A stretch of DNA of 64,000 nucleotides from a virus (taxonomy: Duplodnaviria; Caudoviricetes). This document shows, piece after piece, positions 1 to 10,633 of the stretch (positions within the stretch are counted from its first letter, which is position 1; each line of letters begins with the position of its first letter). The notes beneath the pieces were generated by a model. The model saw nothing but the letters and a program-made list of their open reading frames with translations. It was not told the origin of the DNA and did not search any database. Both the position numbers and the translations under genes were made by a program. The stretch spans positions 80,549 to 144,548 of IMG/VR virus record IMGVR_UViG_3300014205_000181; one strand, given 5' to 3'.

Positions 1-183
1 TTCCTCCTTCGGTCTATATCCATCCATGTAAGCTGTAATTAATTTTGCTATTGGTTTGGGAATGATAACCTCGTTTCTAATATAACCATGAATGGTCCTT
101 TCTCCGATTCCTAATCTATTTGCCAATTCCCTCTTATTCCATCCTATTTTCTTCCTAACGTTCTCAAATTCTTGGTAATCCAT
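1..183 (-). CDS. XRE/Cro-type HTH DNA-binding protein (runs off the window)
   Basis: Manual translation from the ATG at 183: MDYQEFENVRKKIGWNKRELANRLGIGERTIHGYIRNE...; AAGGAGG SD upstream. Confidence 0.75.
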   Translation of the reverse strand, partial: MDYQEFENVRKKIGWNKRELANRLGIGERTIHGYIRNEVIIPKPIAKLITAYMDGYRPKEE

Positions 184-202
184 ATTACCTCCTTAATATA
201 CC

Positions 203-230
203 TTATCGGCATAATGTATGCAATACTTTA
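203..230 (-). promoter_or_regulatory. sigma28/FliA(SigD)-type promoter
   Basis: TAAA-N16-GCCGATAA, directly upstream of the SD and ATG of the HTH gene. Confidence 0.75.
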
Positions 231-271
231 ACATTATTTTGCTTGTACTGCAATTTAATTTATTAAACGTA

Positions 272-874
272 TTAATTAATCACCTTTACTTGTCCATTTT
301 CAACCCTAAATAACCGATCCCCTTCAATATCAATTTGATCAGTCACAATTAAAAACTGAATACCCATTCTTGTACTAATCTCTTTTAATGTGTCGGAAAT
401 CCTTTGCTGATATTCTGAAGAATTTAATGCACTAAACGGCTCATCTAAAATCATCAGTTTTCGTGTTTTTCTTTCTAATACAAGGAATGCTAGGCGGCAA
501 CCGATACTTATGATATTCGCCAATCCTCCGCCGCTTGAACCAAATATACTAGCTTCATTCCCATCTTTCAGGATAAATGCCTCACATTCGGTGCCGCCTC
601 TTTTCTGAACGAAGCGAAGGCAAAATCTCCTGTCGTCTTGCCAAATATTTTGAATAAGCGGCGTAATTAAATTTTCAAAATAGCCAATCATATGTTGTTG
701 TGTTTTCTCGGCAACCGACTGAATTACAGCTCTTGCTTCGAGAGAATCGGTTGAAAAAATCTTAATCGCTTCTAATTCTTTTACCTTAGTATCTAATTGA
801 GAACTAAGTACTTTCTTTTCGGCTTTAATTGAATTAACTTTATCTCTAAAATTTAGGAGTTCTTGTTTATTCAC
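272..874 (-). CDS. sbcC: SbcC/Rad50 (gp46-like) C-terminal half
   Basis: Signature-like SSGGG and Walker B MILDEPF, no Walker A; likely GTG start at 874 (the ORF track extends to 937). Confidence 0.8.
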   Translation of the reverse strand: MNKQELLNFRDKVNSIKAEKKVLSSQLDTKVKELEAIKIFSTDSLEARAVIQSVAEKTQQHMIGYFENLITPLIQNIWQDDRRFCLRFVQKRGGTECEAFILKDGNEASIFGSSGGGLANIISIGCRLAFLVLERKTRKLMILDEPFSALNSSEYQQRISDTLKEISTRMGIQFLIVTDQIDIEGDRLFRVENGQVKVIN

Positions 875-1415
875 TCTTATCACCGTCAAAAGTAATAACG
901 GAGAAAACCATCGGGCTATGATATAGGTCAATATCATATTTGTAGGCTGTCTTGAATCCTAAGTAAAATCCGAACCCCAACCAAAAAGACAATCCAGCTA
1001 CAATTAATATAATCTTTGTTCCGCCCCATAATGAAAGGAAGAAAAATTTTGTAGATTCTTTAATTTTATTCATTATTTTGTCCCAATAATCTGGCTATTA
1101 ATTCTTTATCTCTCAATCTCATTAATAGTGCTATATGAAGAAGGTAAAAGATAGAAAGCACAAAATGTCCATAGTATGTAAAAGCACACAATACCACAAA
1201 ATCAAACGATTGATCTAATAACTGAGGTACTAACTTGGCGCCCCTTTTAAAATGCTCTATTAGTACTTTATCAATTGAGAATGCCCATGCAGTAATTGCA
1301 GTTGACCATCCCATAAACAATGCTATATTTTTAAACCCTTCAATCTCATTGACGAATCCAAGGAAGATACAAATGGCAAATATTCCATTTGACAACAGCC
1401 ATTTTAAATAATGCA

Positions 1416-1670
1416 TTAATCGTCTCCCCAAGAATACTCATTTTTCAATTTTGTGTACTTAGTTTCAATCTGTTCTTTATAATCTCGTAACATTTTCTCG
1501 TTATCTTGGATCATTTTCTTGGCGTCATTGGTATTCTTAACCCCAAGATTAACACCCTGCTTGGTTAACAAATCCATTTGAGCCTGTGCAGTGTTCAGTT
1601 CCTTTTCGGCCTGAATTATCTCGCTTTCTAATTCGTTTAAATCATCGTAGATTTCATTAACTGTTGGCAT
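1416..1670 (-). CDS. small coiled-coil protein
   Basis: Heptad-rich 84 aa ORF between sbcD and the sbcC C-half. Confidence 0.5.
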   Translation of the reverse strand: MPTVNEIYDDLNELESEIIQAEKELNTAQAQMDLLTKQGVNLGVKNTNDAKKMIQDNEKMLRDYKEQIETKYTKLKNEYSWGDD

Positions 1671-2013
1671 TCTCTTTCTCCTGTAATTTGTTTTTCTTTT
1701 TTAATATAATAGATTCTATTTCATCATACATATTATAATTACATACAGTTACATTCAGGTTTGTCCACATTTTAACTGCCGAGTTATAGTGCTCCACAGT
1801 TTCACAAGATTCTATAACCATAATTAATTTTACTAACGCTCTATACGGCTTATCCATTTGGCAACTCCTCATCGTCGATATGTCCAAAATTACCAAATTC
1901 GTCTATTGGCTCTAGGAGACACCCGCAACTAGCACAGTACGAATAAGGTTCTGCTAGGGTTTCTAAACCACAATTGTAATTAGTACAAGAACAGGAGCAA
2001 CAATTTAATTGAT

Positions 2014-2217
2014 TCATTTCTTATTGGCCTTTGGTTTATTCCCCATATAATCGTTGGCTTCTGAATAGCCGTGTATTACAAAATTCGCGAAAGTCGGAAT
2101 TCTAACGGCAGTCGATCCGCAATTAGTACATTCTATTTCTTTTATATCTTTAAACATTAATTTATCTAGTATCTCAAATTTACAATGTTTACACTTATAG
2201 GAGTATATTGGACTCAT
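2014..2217 (-). CDS. FmdB-like zinc-ribbon protein
   Basis: PIYSYKCKHC...CTNCGS pattern. Confidence 0.7.
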   Translation of the reverse strand: MSPIYSYKCKHCKFEILDKLMFKDIKEIECTNCGSTAVRIPTFANFVIHGYSEANDYMGNKPKANKK

Positions 2218-2408
2218 TCATACACCTTTATCAGTTTGTTTGTAATCGCCCCATCCATGAATGTTTCAAGAATTTCAATTGCATTCTCAACTTTATCAAT
2301 ATCTTTTTGTTCTAGTAACAAATCTTCTGGACCTATTGTACCATTAAACAGATCATAATACAAGTCATTTGTGACAATTATATTCGCTTCTTTATCAAAC
2401 TGCATTTA

Positions 2409-3326
2409 TTATTTTACCTCCAATGTAGATTTAATAATATCTTGAACAGATTGTCTTATTTCATTTTTAAGTATAAAATTATTAAGATTATCAACAAAGC
2501 TAAATTCCTTTGCTCCTGAATCAGCACTTAAAATATCTATGTACTCTTTAATTTGTTCTGAAGTTTCTTTTTTATCTTTATTTTTTAGGACTTCTTCGAG
2601 GTTGAACGAAATTGAAGAGTGTTCACAAGGTATTTCAAATAACTCATAGGTTTTAGTATCTGTATCAAATACAGCAATTTTAGGGATGTAATCTATTTGG
2701 GATATATTCAATCTAGTTAGAGACCCCATATTCAATAACGTTTTGCCATTATACTCGTGAACGAAGTATTTATGATTGTCCGCACTTAGAATTACGTCAA
2801 ACTTGTTCTTAGACAATAATACACGAGCTGTAATATGTCCAGTCTGTCCGCACCAAATTTTTTCGTCTTCGTCCCGAATAACCATTTTATGAATTACCAA
2901 GATATTAAATTTATTTTTATCTATAATCTCAGGGATTGTATCTCCCCAATGGCACCCATAAATATCCACATTTTCATAAGAAGAAGGGATTGCCTCTAAC
3001 AGTTTAATTACGTCTGCTGATTCTACCACCTTTATAGGTGTATTAACTAAACTCCTATCTAAATGTCTTTGATCATGGTTCCCACTTACAGCTAAAATAT
3101 TTAATTTTGATTTTTTGAATAAATTAATGGTGTCACTGATAAGCCAGTTGCTTGCCCTGACAGAATCAAACAAATCTCCTGCTTGTAACATTAAGTCACA
3201 TTTTTTTTCTACACCTAATTTTAAACACCATTCTAATTTCTTGAATTGGGTTTCTCTATAATTATCGATTCTAAATCTACTTCCAGAATCGCGCAGATGG
3301 ATATCAGAGATCATCAATATTTTCAT
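2409..3326 (-). CDS. sbcD: SbcD/Mre11 (gp47-like) metallophosphoesterase nuclease
   Basis: SDIH, GDLFD, GNHD and ADNH motifs. Confidence 0.9.
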   Translation of the reverse strand: MKILMISDIHLRDSGSRFRIDNYRETQFKKLEWCLKLGVEKKCDLMLQAGDLFDSVRASNWLISDTINLFKKSKLNILAVSGNHDQRHLDRSLVNTPIKVVESADVIKLLEAIPSSYENVDIYGCHWGDTIPEIIDKNKFNILVIHKMVIRDEDEKIWCGQTGHITARVLLSKNKFDVILSADNHKYFVHEYNGKTLLNMGSLTRLNISQIDYIPKIAVFDTDTKTYELFEIPCEHSSISFNLEEVLKNKDKKETSEQIKEYIDILSADSGAKEFSFVDNLNNFILKNEIRQSVQDIIKSTLEVK

Positions 3327-4465
3327 TTAATTATTTCCTTTATCGCATACCTTATAAGCCAACTTCCCAGAGCCACATATTCCGTTATGCCCGTCACTAA
3401 AAGACAGTCTCTGCAAAAGATAATGCCATTTTCAGGATCAAGGGCAAAGAATGGCTCAGTTTTCTTCGGGTCGATATGATGCGCGGCTAAATTCTCTATT
3501 GACTGACATTTAGTACAGAAATTGTACCCGTATTCTTGGAATTGACGGAAGAAAACTTCATCAGACCAGATACTTAATTCATGTTTAGAAGGGGTATTGT
3601 CATCTATTTCACCCCTTATTCGCGTTTTCCTTGCTCTATACAAAGGGCATAAAGTTTTACATTTATCAGAACAATAAAAATTATTTTCAATGGCAGCAAG
3701 ATCATCCTCAACCGCTTTTATTCTATTCCATAATTGGTCTGTAGTCGGTTTAAACCATTCGCTACAATACTTACACTGGACTAAAATCCCATACCCATTC
3801 GGATCGTCCATAATTTCTTCTATTCGGCAGAAAAATGGATACTTTTCTTCGTAATCTTTCTTGCGATAAGTATGGGATTCCTTAATCCTTTCTTTAGCGT
3901 AACACCCACAAGAATTAGTTATTCCTCTTTTTAGGCTGCTTAATCTATATCCCTTGATATTGCCATTGCAAGAACATCTTCCTAAAACAATTCTTCTCCG
4001 TCCATTAGTATCTAAATCAGAAACAACAGTTATTCTCCCATATATTTTGCCAACGGCATTCTCTCGCCTATTTTTTAACTTCTCTATTTGATAACACCCA
4101 CATGATGTTGTGTGCCCGCTTTTTAATTGGTATAAATTGTAGTCCTTGATATTGCCATTGCAAGAGCATTTACCAATAATTCTTCTACAGTCATTCTTCC
4201 CCTTTGGATATTCTGAAATAATGGTCACTCTACCATATACACGCCCAATAACATCTTCCATCCTACTCAATATTTCTATTTTTAAACAGCCACAAGATTT
4301 AGATGTCTCATTTTTTAACCCACTTAGAATAACGTCCCTCCTTGTTTTCTTTTCACACGAACATTCGCAAAGAAAGTATCGTCTCCATTTCTTTTTCTCG
4401 ACTTCTTTAATAACTGTCCATCTTCCGAATTTATTTCCCGGCTTGATTTCTAATTTTCTTCCCAT
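3323..4465 (-). CDS. HNH homing endonuclease with three Cys-rich CSC...SCGC modules
   Basis: Repeated G.yGr.TV...CSC...SCGC modules; C-terminal CTKC..AHHID..N..CRDC; last ~25 codons probably frameshifted. Confidence 0.8.
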   Translation of the reverse strand: MGRKLEIKPGNKFGRWTVIKEVEKKKWRRYFLCECSCEKKTRRDVILSGLKNETSKSCGCLKIEILSRMEDVIGRVYGRVTIISEYPKGKNDCRRIIGKCSCNGNIKDYNLYQLKSGHTTSCGCYQIEKLKNRRENAVGKIYGRITVVSDLDTNGRRRIVLGRCSCNGNIKGYRLSSLKRGITNSCGCYAKERIKESHTYRKKDYEEKYPFFCRIEEIMDDPNGYGILVQCKYCSEWFKPTTDQLWNRIKAVEDDLAAIENNFYCSDKCKTLCPLYRARKTRIRGEIDDNTPSKHELSIWSDEVFFRQFQEYGYNFCTKCQSIENLAAHHIDPKKTEPFFALDPENGIIFCRDCLLVTGITEYVALGSWLIRYAIKEIIK

Positions 4466-4467
4466 AA

Positions 4468-5691
4468 TTACTGTACCTTATTCCCGCATAACGGACACTC
4501 GCCCATATCAATCATAAATTGCTTTCTTTTCTCTTTAGCTTCTTGTACTTTAGTATTTAAGCATTTAATTAATTTATTGTTTTCTTCAACACCATCAATA
4601 TACTCATTTAGCTCTTTATTTTCGCACTCTTTTATCCCATGTGCCGTAATTAGCTCGTATAAGGACCGTACAGACGTTTTACATTCCAACCATACGGATG
4701 TATTACTTATCACTGAATCAACGTCTGTGAGTTCTATAACAAACTTTTTAAGGGTGTTGTGATTAGTTTCTAATTCATTATGTTTCTTAATAAGAGAAAT
4801 TATTTCGGTATATAGTTCTTTGCATTTCAAAAATTCGGTATTACTTTGTATTACTTCTTGAACATTATTGATATTCGCAACGTATTCATTTAGGGATTTC
4901 TGTTTTGTTTCTAATTCATTATGTTTTTTGATTAATTCTTGTAGTTCTTGCAATTCTTTCTTGTGTTTTAGGACTTTATTGTATTCAAGTATCTTGGATT
5001 CAATTTCCTGTATTTCTTGGATATAGGTATTTAGATTGTTGTTCATTAATTCTAGGAGTTCACAATTAATGAACAACTCTTCTATCTGAACAAGTAATTT
5101 ATCTGCTTCATCAATGAATTTAATTTTATCAATCTCAGAGGATAAAGATTTGATAGTATCTTCTACTTGTTTTTGTTTTGAATTATTCTCTCTAATTAAT
5201 GAATTGACATTGGATAGAGATTGGTCGATAATCCCGAGGCCCGAAATTTCGTTTAGCATCTGAGCACGATGGGCGGGTGACTCGCTGATGAAGAAGTGCC
5301 TCCCTTCTTCTTGGTCTTGGAAATTGTAATCAGCAAGGTTTAAAAAATCTTTGATTTCGTCGGGTACGGTGCGATTAAGTGATTTGAATTCTTTTACTTC
5401 ATCTCCGATGGTTAGAATATATTCATCTATTGTTTCAGACTTCCTACGCTCAACAGTGCCGTCAGAGAATTCCAATTTGCATTCAGTAACATCCTTCTTT
5501 TTTGCGGACCAGGGCTTAAATCCAAATCCCGTGGGACGATTGGACAAAACTAGATTAACAGCCCTGAGCAAGGATGATTTTCCGCTGTCGGAATTGCCGC
5601 TGATGATCGAAACCCCAGAATGCAATGGTAATTCTGAGTTACAATGCGTTTGAAAATTTTTGACTGTAACTTTATCTAGTGTGTTTTGCAT
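4468..5691 (-). CDS. sbcC: SbcC/Rad50 N-terminal half
   Basis: KNFQTH, Walker A GNSDSGKS, Q-loop-like FQDQ, coiled coil ending in the zinc-hook CPLCG. Confidence 0.85.
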   Translation of the reverse strand: MQNTLDKVTVKNFQTHCNSELPLHSGVSIISGNSDSGKSSLLRAVNLVLSNRPTGFGFKPWSAKKKDVTECKLEFSDGTVERRKSETIDEYILTIGDEVKEFKSLNRTVPDEIKDFLNLADYNFQDQEEGRHFFISESPAHRAQMLNEISGLGIIDQSLSNVNSLIRENNSKQKQVEDTIKSLSSEIDKIKFIDEADKLLVQIEELFINCELLELMNNNLNTYIQEIQEIESKILEYNKVLKHKKELQELQELIKKHNELETKQKSLNEYVANINNVQEVIQSNTEFLKCKELYTEIISLIKKHNELETNHNTLKKFVIELTDVDSVISNTSVWLECKTSVRSLYELITAHGIKECENKELNEYIDGVEENNKLIKCLNTKVQEAKEKRKQFMIDMGECPLCGNKVQ

Positions 5692-5698
5692 ATTATTT

Positions 5699-6217
5699 CT
5701 ATTTATAATATTTAACTTCTATTTTATACTTCCTAAACAACTCGCCAAATTTCTTCGTTAGCTTACCGCTTTTCGGGTAATCTGGGATTTTTTCTTTCCG
5801 GTTCTTTTTCTTTATTTCTTTAACTAAATTATTATATGAAACTTTTGTGAACTTAGGAACTTTTGGGCGTTCGGTAGGATGAATAAAATTAGTCCTAGCA
5901 TTTTCTAAATAATCAGCTAGGTTTCTTAATACATCCCAAATATCTACTCCAAATTTATGTAACCCATAACGAATAAAAGAATTAGTTACCTTCCCCTCCC
6001 AAGAGTTACTTTGGGCTGAAATGGCACCCCGGCAACAGGAACTTCCATTTTCTCCTATTTCTTTCCCCTTAGAACCGTGCATATGGTCAATTACGAAACT
6101 TTCTAGTGGGAACTTTACTTTAAGGATAGGGCAAATTCCATTCTGCTCTTCATACATCTTCTTTTTGAGAATAGGTAAATCAGAATGCTTGAGTTGTATT
6201 AATTCTTTATCGGACAT
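5699..6217 (-). CDS. recombination endonuclease VII (T4 gp49-like)
   Basis: EQNGICPIL...IDHMH...CRGAI...NSWEGKV. Confidence 0.8.
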   Translation of the reverse strand: MSDKELIQLKHSDLPILKKKMYEEQNGICPILKVKFPLESFVIDHMHGSKGKEIGENGSSCCRGAISAQSNSWEGKVTNSFIRYGLHKFGVDIWDVLRNLADYLENARTNFIHPTERPKVPKFTKVSYNNLVKEIKKKNRKEKIPDYPKSGKLTKKFGELFRKYKIEVKYYK

Positions 6218-6417
6218 TATAACTTCATCTCAATGAAAACATTTGACAATATCCTTTCTCTTCTCTCCCCCATTCCAAATACGCTAACAAAATTAAGATC
6301 TATATCGTCAACACTAATCCCTGTAGCACTTTTTAGATTGTTGATTTCCGAAGAGATAAACTTTAAAATATTAATTTCAGCCTGTTCTCTCAATTCAATA
6401 GCTTATTTGATATTCAT
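6217..6417 (-). pseudogene. degraded small ORF
   Basis: ATG AAT ATC AAA TAA, then a protein-like frame (QAEINILKFISSEINNLKSATGISVDDIDLNF) broken by indels. Confidence 0.4.
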
Positions 6418-6682
6418 TTCTCAACCTCACATTCATCAACGGGTTCGTCGTCTTCTAAATCCATGTCCATTTCGAACTCAAGGTCACTAGGTTTAGTATC
6501 TTCAATTTCTGATTCGTTGCAAAGATTTTCGTATTCAGCCTCTGTGGTTCTGTACCATTTCCCCTCTGGGATTAAGAACAACTGAAATTCTTTCTTTTTT
6601 AAGTTTCTTTTAAATAATATGTAATCGAATGATTTGATTGATATTTCATAGAACCCTTCATCGTCTTTACAGAAGATATTTA

Positions 6683-7570
6683 TCATTTATTATTTCCTTT
6701 CACGAAGACGGTTCCCCACGTAGAAATCCCCTCGCCATTTAACAATGACCGAAATTCCAATTCTTCACATAAACAAATAAACGAGCTTAATTTAAATTTT
6801 TCTGTGAAATCAATCTCAAATTCTTTAGTTCCTTCAAGTGGCAATTTTACTAAAGGTAGATTTCTTTCATAAATTTTCTTGCCTTCTTCAGAAACGATAG
6901 CTTGGTACTTTTTAGAGGTACTTTTCAATTGCCCGAGTAGATATTTACAGGCTGTCTTCTCCGCTACCCCAGCGACTCCTGGAACCTCGTCAGTTCGGCA
7001 ACCACTTATTGCTTTTGCATCTGCCCATTGTTCTGGGACAATGCCATATTCATTTAGCAAATCTTGTTTAGTATAAAATTCTTGAGTTTTGATATTATAC
7101 ATAGAACAATGATCGAGGAGTTGCAGAAAATCTTCGTCTTTACTAATTAAGATAAATTCACAATCATCACTATACGCCTGTACAATATCCGTAATAATAT
7201 CATCACTCTCGAATCCTGGATCAACGAAACAATTCTTAAACCCCAAAGCGGGGAGAATTTCATGTTGTAAGAGGTTGAATTGTCGGAATGCTTCCTTAAA
7301 TAATTCAATTTCTTCTACTGTTCGTTCCTGTTTTTTGCTATTCCTCTTCTTTTTATAATCAGGGAACATCTGCTTGCGTTTACTTTCTTTAGTATCAAAA
7401 CAAAAAACAAATTTATTTGTGTTGAATTTCTTAGCAAGTGCTAGGATATCTTTGACAAATCCAAAGAGGATATGCGTTTGTGCGTCTTCTGAGTTGAGTT
7501 CTGGCATACTGAAAACAAGCCTGTAGAACAAACTAGAGGTGTCAATTATCAGGATTTTGTGTTTGGTCAT
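6683..7570 (-). CDS. 5'-3' exonuclease / flap endonuclease (T4 RNase H / PolI N-terminal type)
   Basis: IID, FD..S.RK..PDYK, FESDD, SKDED.LQL, G..TD.VPGV.GV.EKTA motifs. Confidence 0.9.
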   Translation of the reverse strand: MTKHKILIIDTSSLFYRLVFSMPELNSEDAQTHILFGFVKDILALAKKFNTNKFVFCFDTKESKRKQMFPDYKKKRNSKKQERTVEEIELFKEAFRQFNLLQHEILPALGFKNCFVDPGFESDDIITDIVQAYSDDCEFILISKDEDFLQLLDHCSMYNIKTQEFYTKQDLLNEYGIVPEQWADAKAISGCRTDEVPGVAGVAEKTACKYLLGQLKSTSKKYQAIVSEEGKKIYERNLPLVKLPLEGTKEFEIDFTEKFKLSSFICLCEELEFRSLLNGEGISTWGTVFVKGNNK

Positions 7571-7776
7571 ATTAAATTCGTTTAGTAATTGTAGCCTTAA
7601 ACGCGGCGGATTCCCATTCGGAACGGTAATTTTGTTTTGATTTAGTCAAAATGCTAACATCACTTTCCTCAATATTTATGTTCGGCATAATATCAGATAG
7701 GTAATCTAGCACAAGTTCCTTTAGTTTCTTTTCGTCAATCTCTACGTTAATTTCTCCGCTCATTGCCTATCTCCTA

Positions 7777-8478
7777 TTATAATGTTCCGTTAATTGCCAG
7801 TTCTGGAAAGTTAAGTGGATGTTTTAATCTGTTTTGTACAATAAATTTATCCCTATAGATTGCAGCTTCTTTCGCAATCTTGAACCCAGATTTATTTAAA
7901 ATTAATTTTCCTTTATATCTAACTGTTGCACAATATGCAGTTCCCTCCTCTCTCCAATAAATACCTCTAAATCCTGTTTTGTTCCTGACGGTCAAAGTTC
8001 TTTGGTTTAGATTATTTACTTCACTAGTGACAAAACGACAATTACTAGGTTCGTAATTACCATCATTATCTTTTCTATCGATCTCCAATCCATCTTCCCA
8101 TCCGTTATTCATACACCAATCCATAAATAACCTTGGATTATGTAACCACTCATCGCACATAATAATGCCACGACCACCCCAATCCTTATATCTTTTATAA
8201 TTTTTGTTATAACATCTATTTTTTATATATCCCCATAGTGAATACAGCGGATACTTTGCTAATCCATGTGTCCCGTTTCGTTCAATAAGAAGTTCTAGAT
8301 TATAGCATCCGCATGAACTTGACCTACCCGCCTTTAAACTCCCCAGATGAATTTCTTTAATAGTCTTCTTTTTACAAGAACAACGGCACAAAACGTACCT
8401 TGCCCCATTTCGAGAATCAGAATTGCCTATTACCTCCCATCTGCCATATATATTCCCAATTACTTCTTCCTTTGCCAT
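7777..8478 (-). CDS. HNH/AP2-type homing endonuclease
   Basis: CSC..SCGC, RC.N...YKDWGGRGI, EIDRKDNDGNYEPSNCR, AP2-like tail NKTGFRGI. Confidence 0.85.
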   Translation of the reverse strand: MAKEEVIGNIYGRWEVIGNSDSRNGARYVLCRCSCKKKTIKEIHLGSLKAGRSSSCGCYNLELLIERNGTHGLAKYPLYSLWGYIKNRCYNKNYKRYKDWGGRGIIMCDEWLHNPRLFMDWCMNNGWEDGLEIDRKDNDGNYEPSNCRFVTSEVNNLNQRTLTVRNKTGFRGIYWREEGTAYCATVRYKGKLILNKSGFKIAKEAAIYRDKFIVQNRLKHPLNFPELAINGTL

Positions 8479-8479
8479 T

Positions 8480-9532
8480 TCACCTCCGCTTCATAACCCT
8501 TTCTTCCGTGACAAATGATGCTTGAATTTCTTCCCAACGATCAATCACCTTCTCTTTAATTTCGTTTTGAGAATCATTCTGCTCTGCATATATAATAGCC
8601 TTTTCAACAGAAGAGAATTCTTGGTCCCCCACAACGTACTTAGATTCTCCGTTAACTTCTTTTAAGTATTGTAGGTTCTCGCGCATGTCATCGAGTCCAT
8701 AACCGAATACAATACTATAAGGACACTCTCCATGGGGGTCTCCAATACTGCTCTTTTTAATCTGCGCTTTAGACCTGATACCCTTCTTCTTCTCGATAGT
8801 TTGAGAGCCTACTTTCTTGGTGGACTTAATGTACTTATTAGACATTTGTGGGGAGACGCGAATTCTAAGAGAAGCATAGTATGGGATTGCTTTCCCACCA
8901 GGAGTAGTAACACCAGTTGGACTTTCTCTTTCTTGGTTAGTCAATACAACAATGGTGTTACTACCTGCAATCTTCCTGCAAGTCTTCCTCATCCATTCCG
9001 AAAATTCCTTTGCCCTTCGCATCCCCATCTTGTCGCCAGTATCATCTTCTAATTCCATAGAGGTAGAAAGAGCGGCAAGGGAATCACCAGCGAACACTGA
9101 GATTGCGCCTTGCTTTTCTGGTTTCGGTTCCCAGTCCCATACTGCACTAAACATCTCTGGAACCGTATCTGGGCGGAAATAACGGGTCTTATCAATCTTA
9201 AGACCATAAATTTTAGCGTACTCGGCATCTAGTCTCGCTTCTGGATCTGCGATTTTAAAATCACCACCCTTTGCTTTAGCATTAGCACAAATCTCCGCAA
9301 GGATACTCGTTTTCCCAGCACCAGACGGTCCAAATATTTCCACAATTACCCCGCTTGGAATTCCTCCGCCCCTAATACGAGAGCCTGAAATTTCAAGATC
9401 AAGTAATGTAGACCCAGTAGAAATTGTTCCGTTATCAAAAATACTTTCTACATCCACCTCCACAGGAGCATCAATATTATCCTTAATCTCACCCGCCAAA
9501 GCACTTAACTTATCTTTCTTTTTAGGAGGCAT
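8480..9532 (-). CDS. recA: RecA/UvsX recombinase
   Basis: STGS..LD, GGIP.G..VEIFGPSGAGKT, DSLAAL, NQ.R, TPGGKA..YYASLR. Confidence 0.95.
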   Translation of the reverse strand: MPPKKKDKLSALAGEIKDNIDAPVEVDVESIFDNGTISTGSTLLDLEISGSRIRGGGIPSGVIVEIFGPSGAGKTSILAEICANAKAKGGDFKIADPEARLDAEYAKIYGLKIDKTRYFRPDTVPEMFSAVWDWEPKPEKQGAISVFAGDSLAALSTSMELEDDTGDKMGMRRAKEFSEWMRKTCRKIAGSNTIVVLTNQERESPTGVTTPGGKAIPYYASLRIRVSPQMSNKYIKSTKKVGSQTIEKKKGIRSKAQIKKSSIGDPHGECPYSIVFGYGLDDMRENLQYLKEVNGESKYVVGDQEFSSVEKAIIYAEQNDSQNEIKEKVIDRWEEIQASFVTEERVMKRR

Positions 9533-10023
9533 ATTAAAATACCTTATTTAGAAATTCACGAACCATTGGACTACACAACCACCCTAGAGCAAAACATGCC
9601 GCATATAAAACACCCCATATCCCCCCTTTCATATTATTGATTAACCCTCCGTGTTCCCTTCGCTAATTTGGCAAAAGCCTTTGTCTTATCTATATAAGTT
9701 CCTTTAGTCGAAGAAGTCCAAACTACTTTCCCCTTCAAATAATTACTGAGTTTAAATTCATCCATCGCAAGGTTCATTTGGTATTCTTCATACGTTTCAT
9801 TTTCGTTTCTTGGTCTATTCATTGTTACTCCTTATCCATCATGGAATCAATCCAACATTCATAACAAAATTGGATTGTTTGACTATATGCGTATTTGCCA
9901 AATTGTTCTGCAAGAAATTCGTTGAATAAGGCATCTTCGGTCCAGACATTCTGAATTGAAACTCCGACAACTGATTTGGCTCCATTGTACGTCATGCTTT
10001 TCCCACAATTACTGCAATGCAAA

Positions 10024-10311
10024 TCACTCATTCCCACCACCCAAGTCAGGGCTAACAACACCCAGTGCTTGTTCAAGGATCATACTTGTTAGTTCATTCT
10101 CTTCATTCAAATCCCCAATTTTATTAGCAACGATACTTTTAGCAATTTTGGTAAACACCTTTTTATCAATGTCGTGTGCTTTTACCATTTGACTCTTTTC
10201 TAGCATAGTGTCATAAGCAGCATCTACACGAATTTTCATGTCTTCTTTAGCGTTTTCAAATTCAGTAAACGCATCTACCATTTCTTTAAGACCAGTTTTA
10301 ATAAATTCCAT
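10024..10311 (-). CDS. possible DsbA/GapR-like dsDNA-binding protein
   Basis: Size and helical pattern (HDIDKKVFTKIAK...E.NE) resemble T4 DsbA. Confidence 0.4.
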   Translation of the reverse strand: MEFIKTGLKEMVDAFTEFENAKEDMKIRVDAAYDTMLEKSQMVKAHDIDKKVFTKIAKSIVANKIGDLNEENELTSMILEQALGVVSPDLGGGNE

Positions 10312-10500
10312 TATTTCCCCTTATTTATTTTTAAGATCGTCTTCAATATCCTCAATACCTTCCATCGTATTCTCCAGAAGGCCATCTTCTCCGTTCATAA
10401 TCTTTGCTGGCATCTTTACTACATCAACCGCTAACCTAATAGGCATAGATGTAGCATCCATAAGTGCATCTAAAAGTTTCATCTTTTACTCCCTTTAATT

Positions 10501-10623
10501 GAAATTGGGCAGGATTCAAACCTGCATTAGCTTTATTCACTTTAAGTGGTCTTCTATGGCCACACTATTCTACCAAGCCTCGCATAAACTATGTAGAGCG
10601 TCTACCTTTTCCGCCACCAATTT
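10501..10623 (-). ncRNA. tRNA-like element with expanded anticodon/variable region
   Basis: Acceptor AAATTGG/CCAATTT, D-arm TGGCGGAAAAGGTAGACGC, T-arm GCAGG-TTTGAAT-CCTGC; ~70 nt between the arms. Confidence 0.6.
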
Positions 10624-10633
10624 CAAATTTAAA

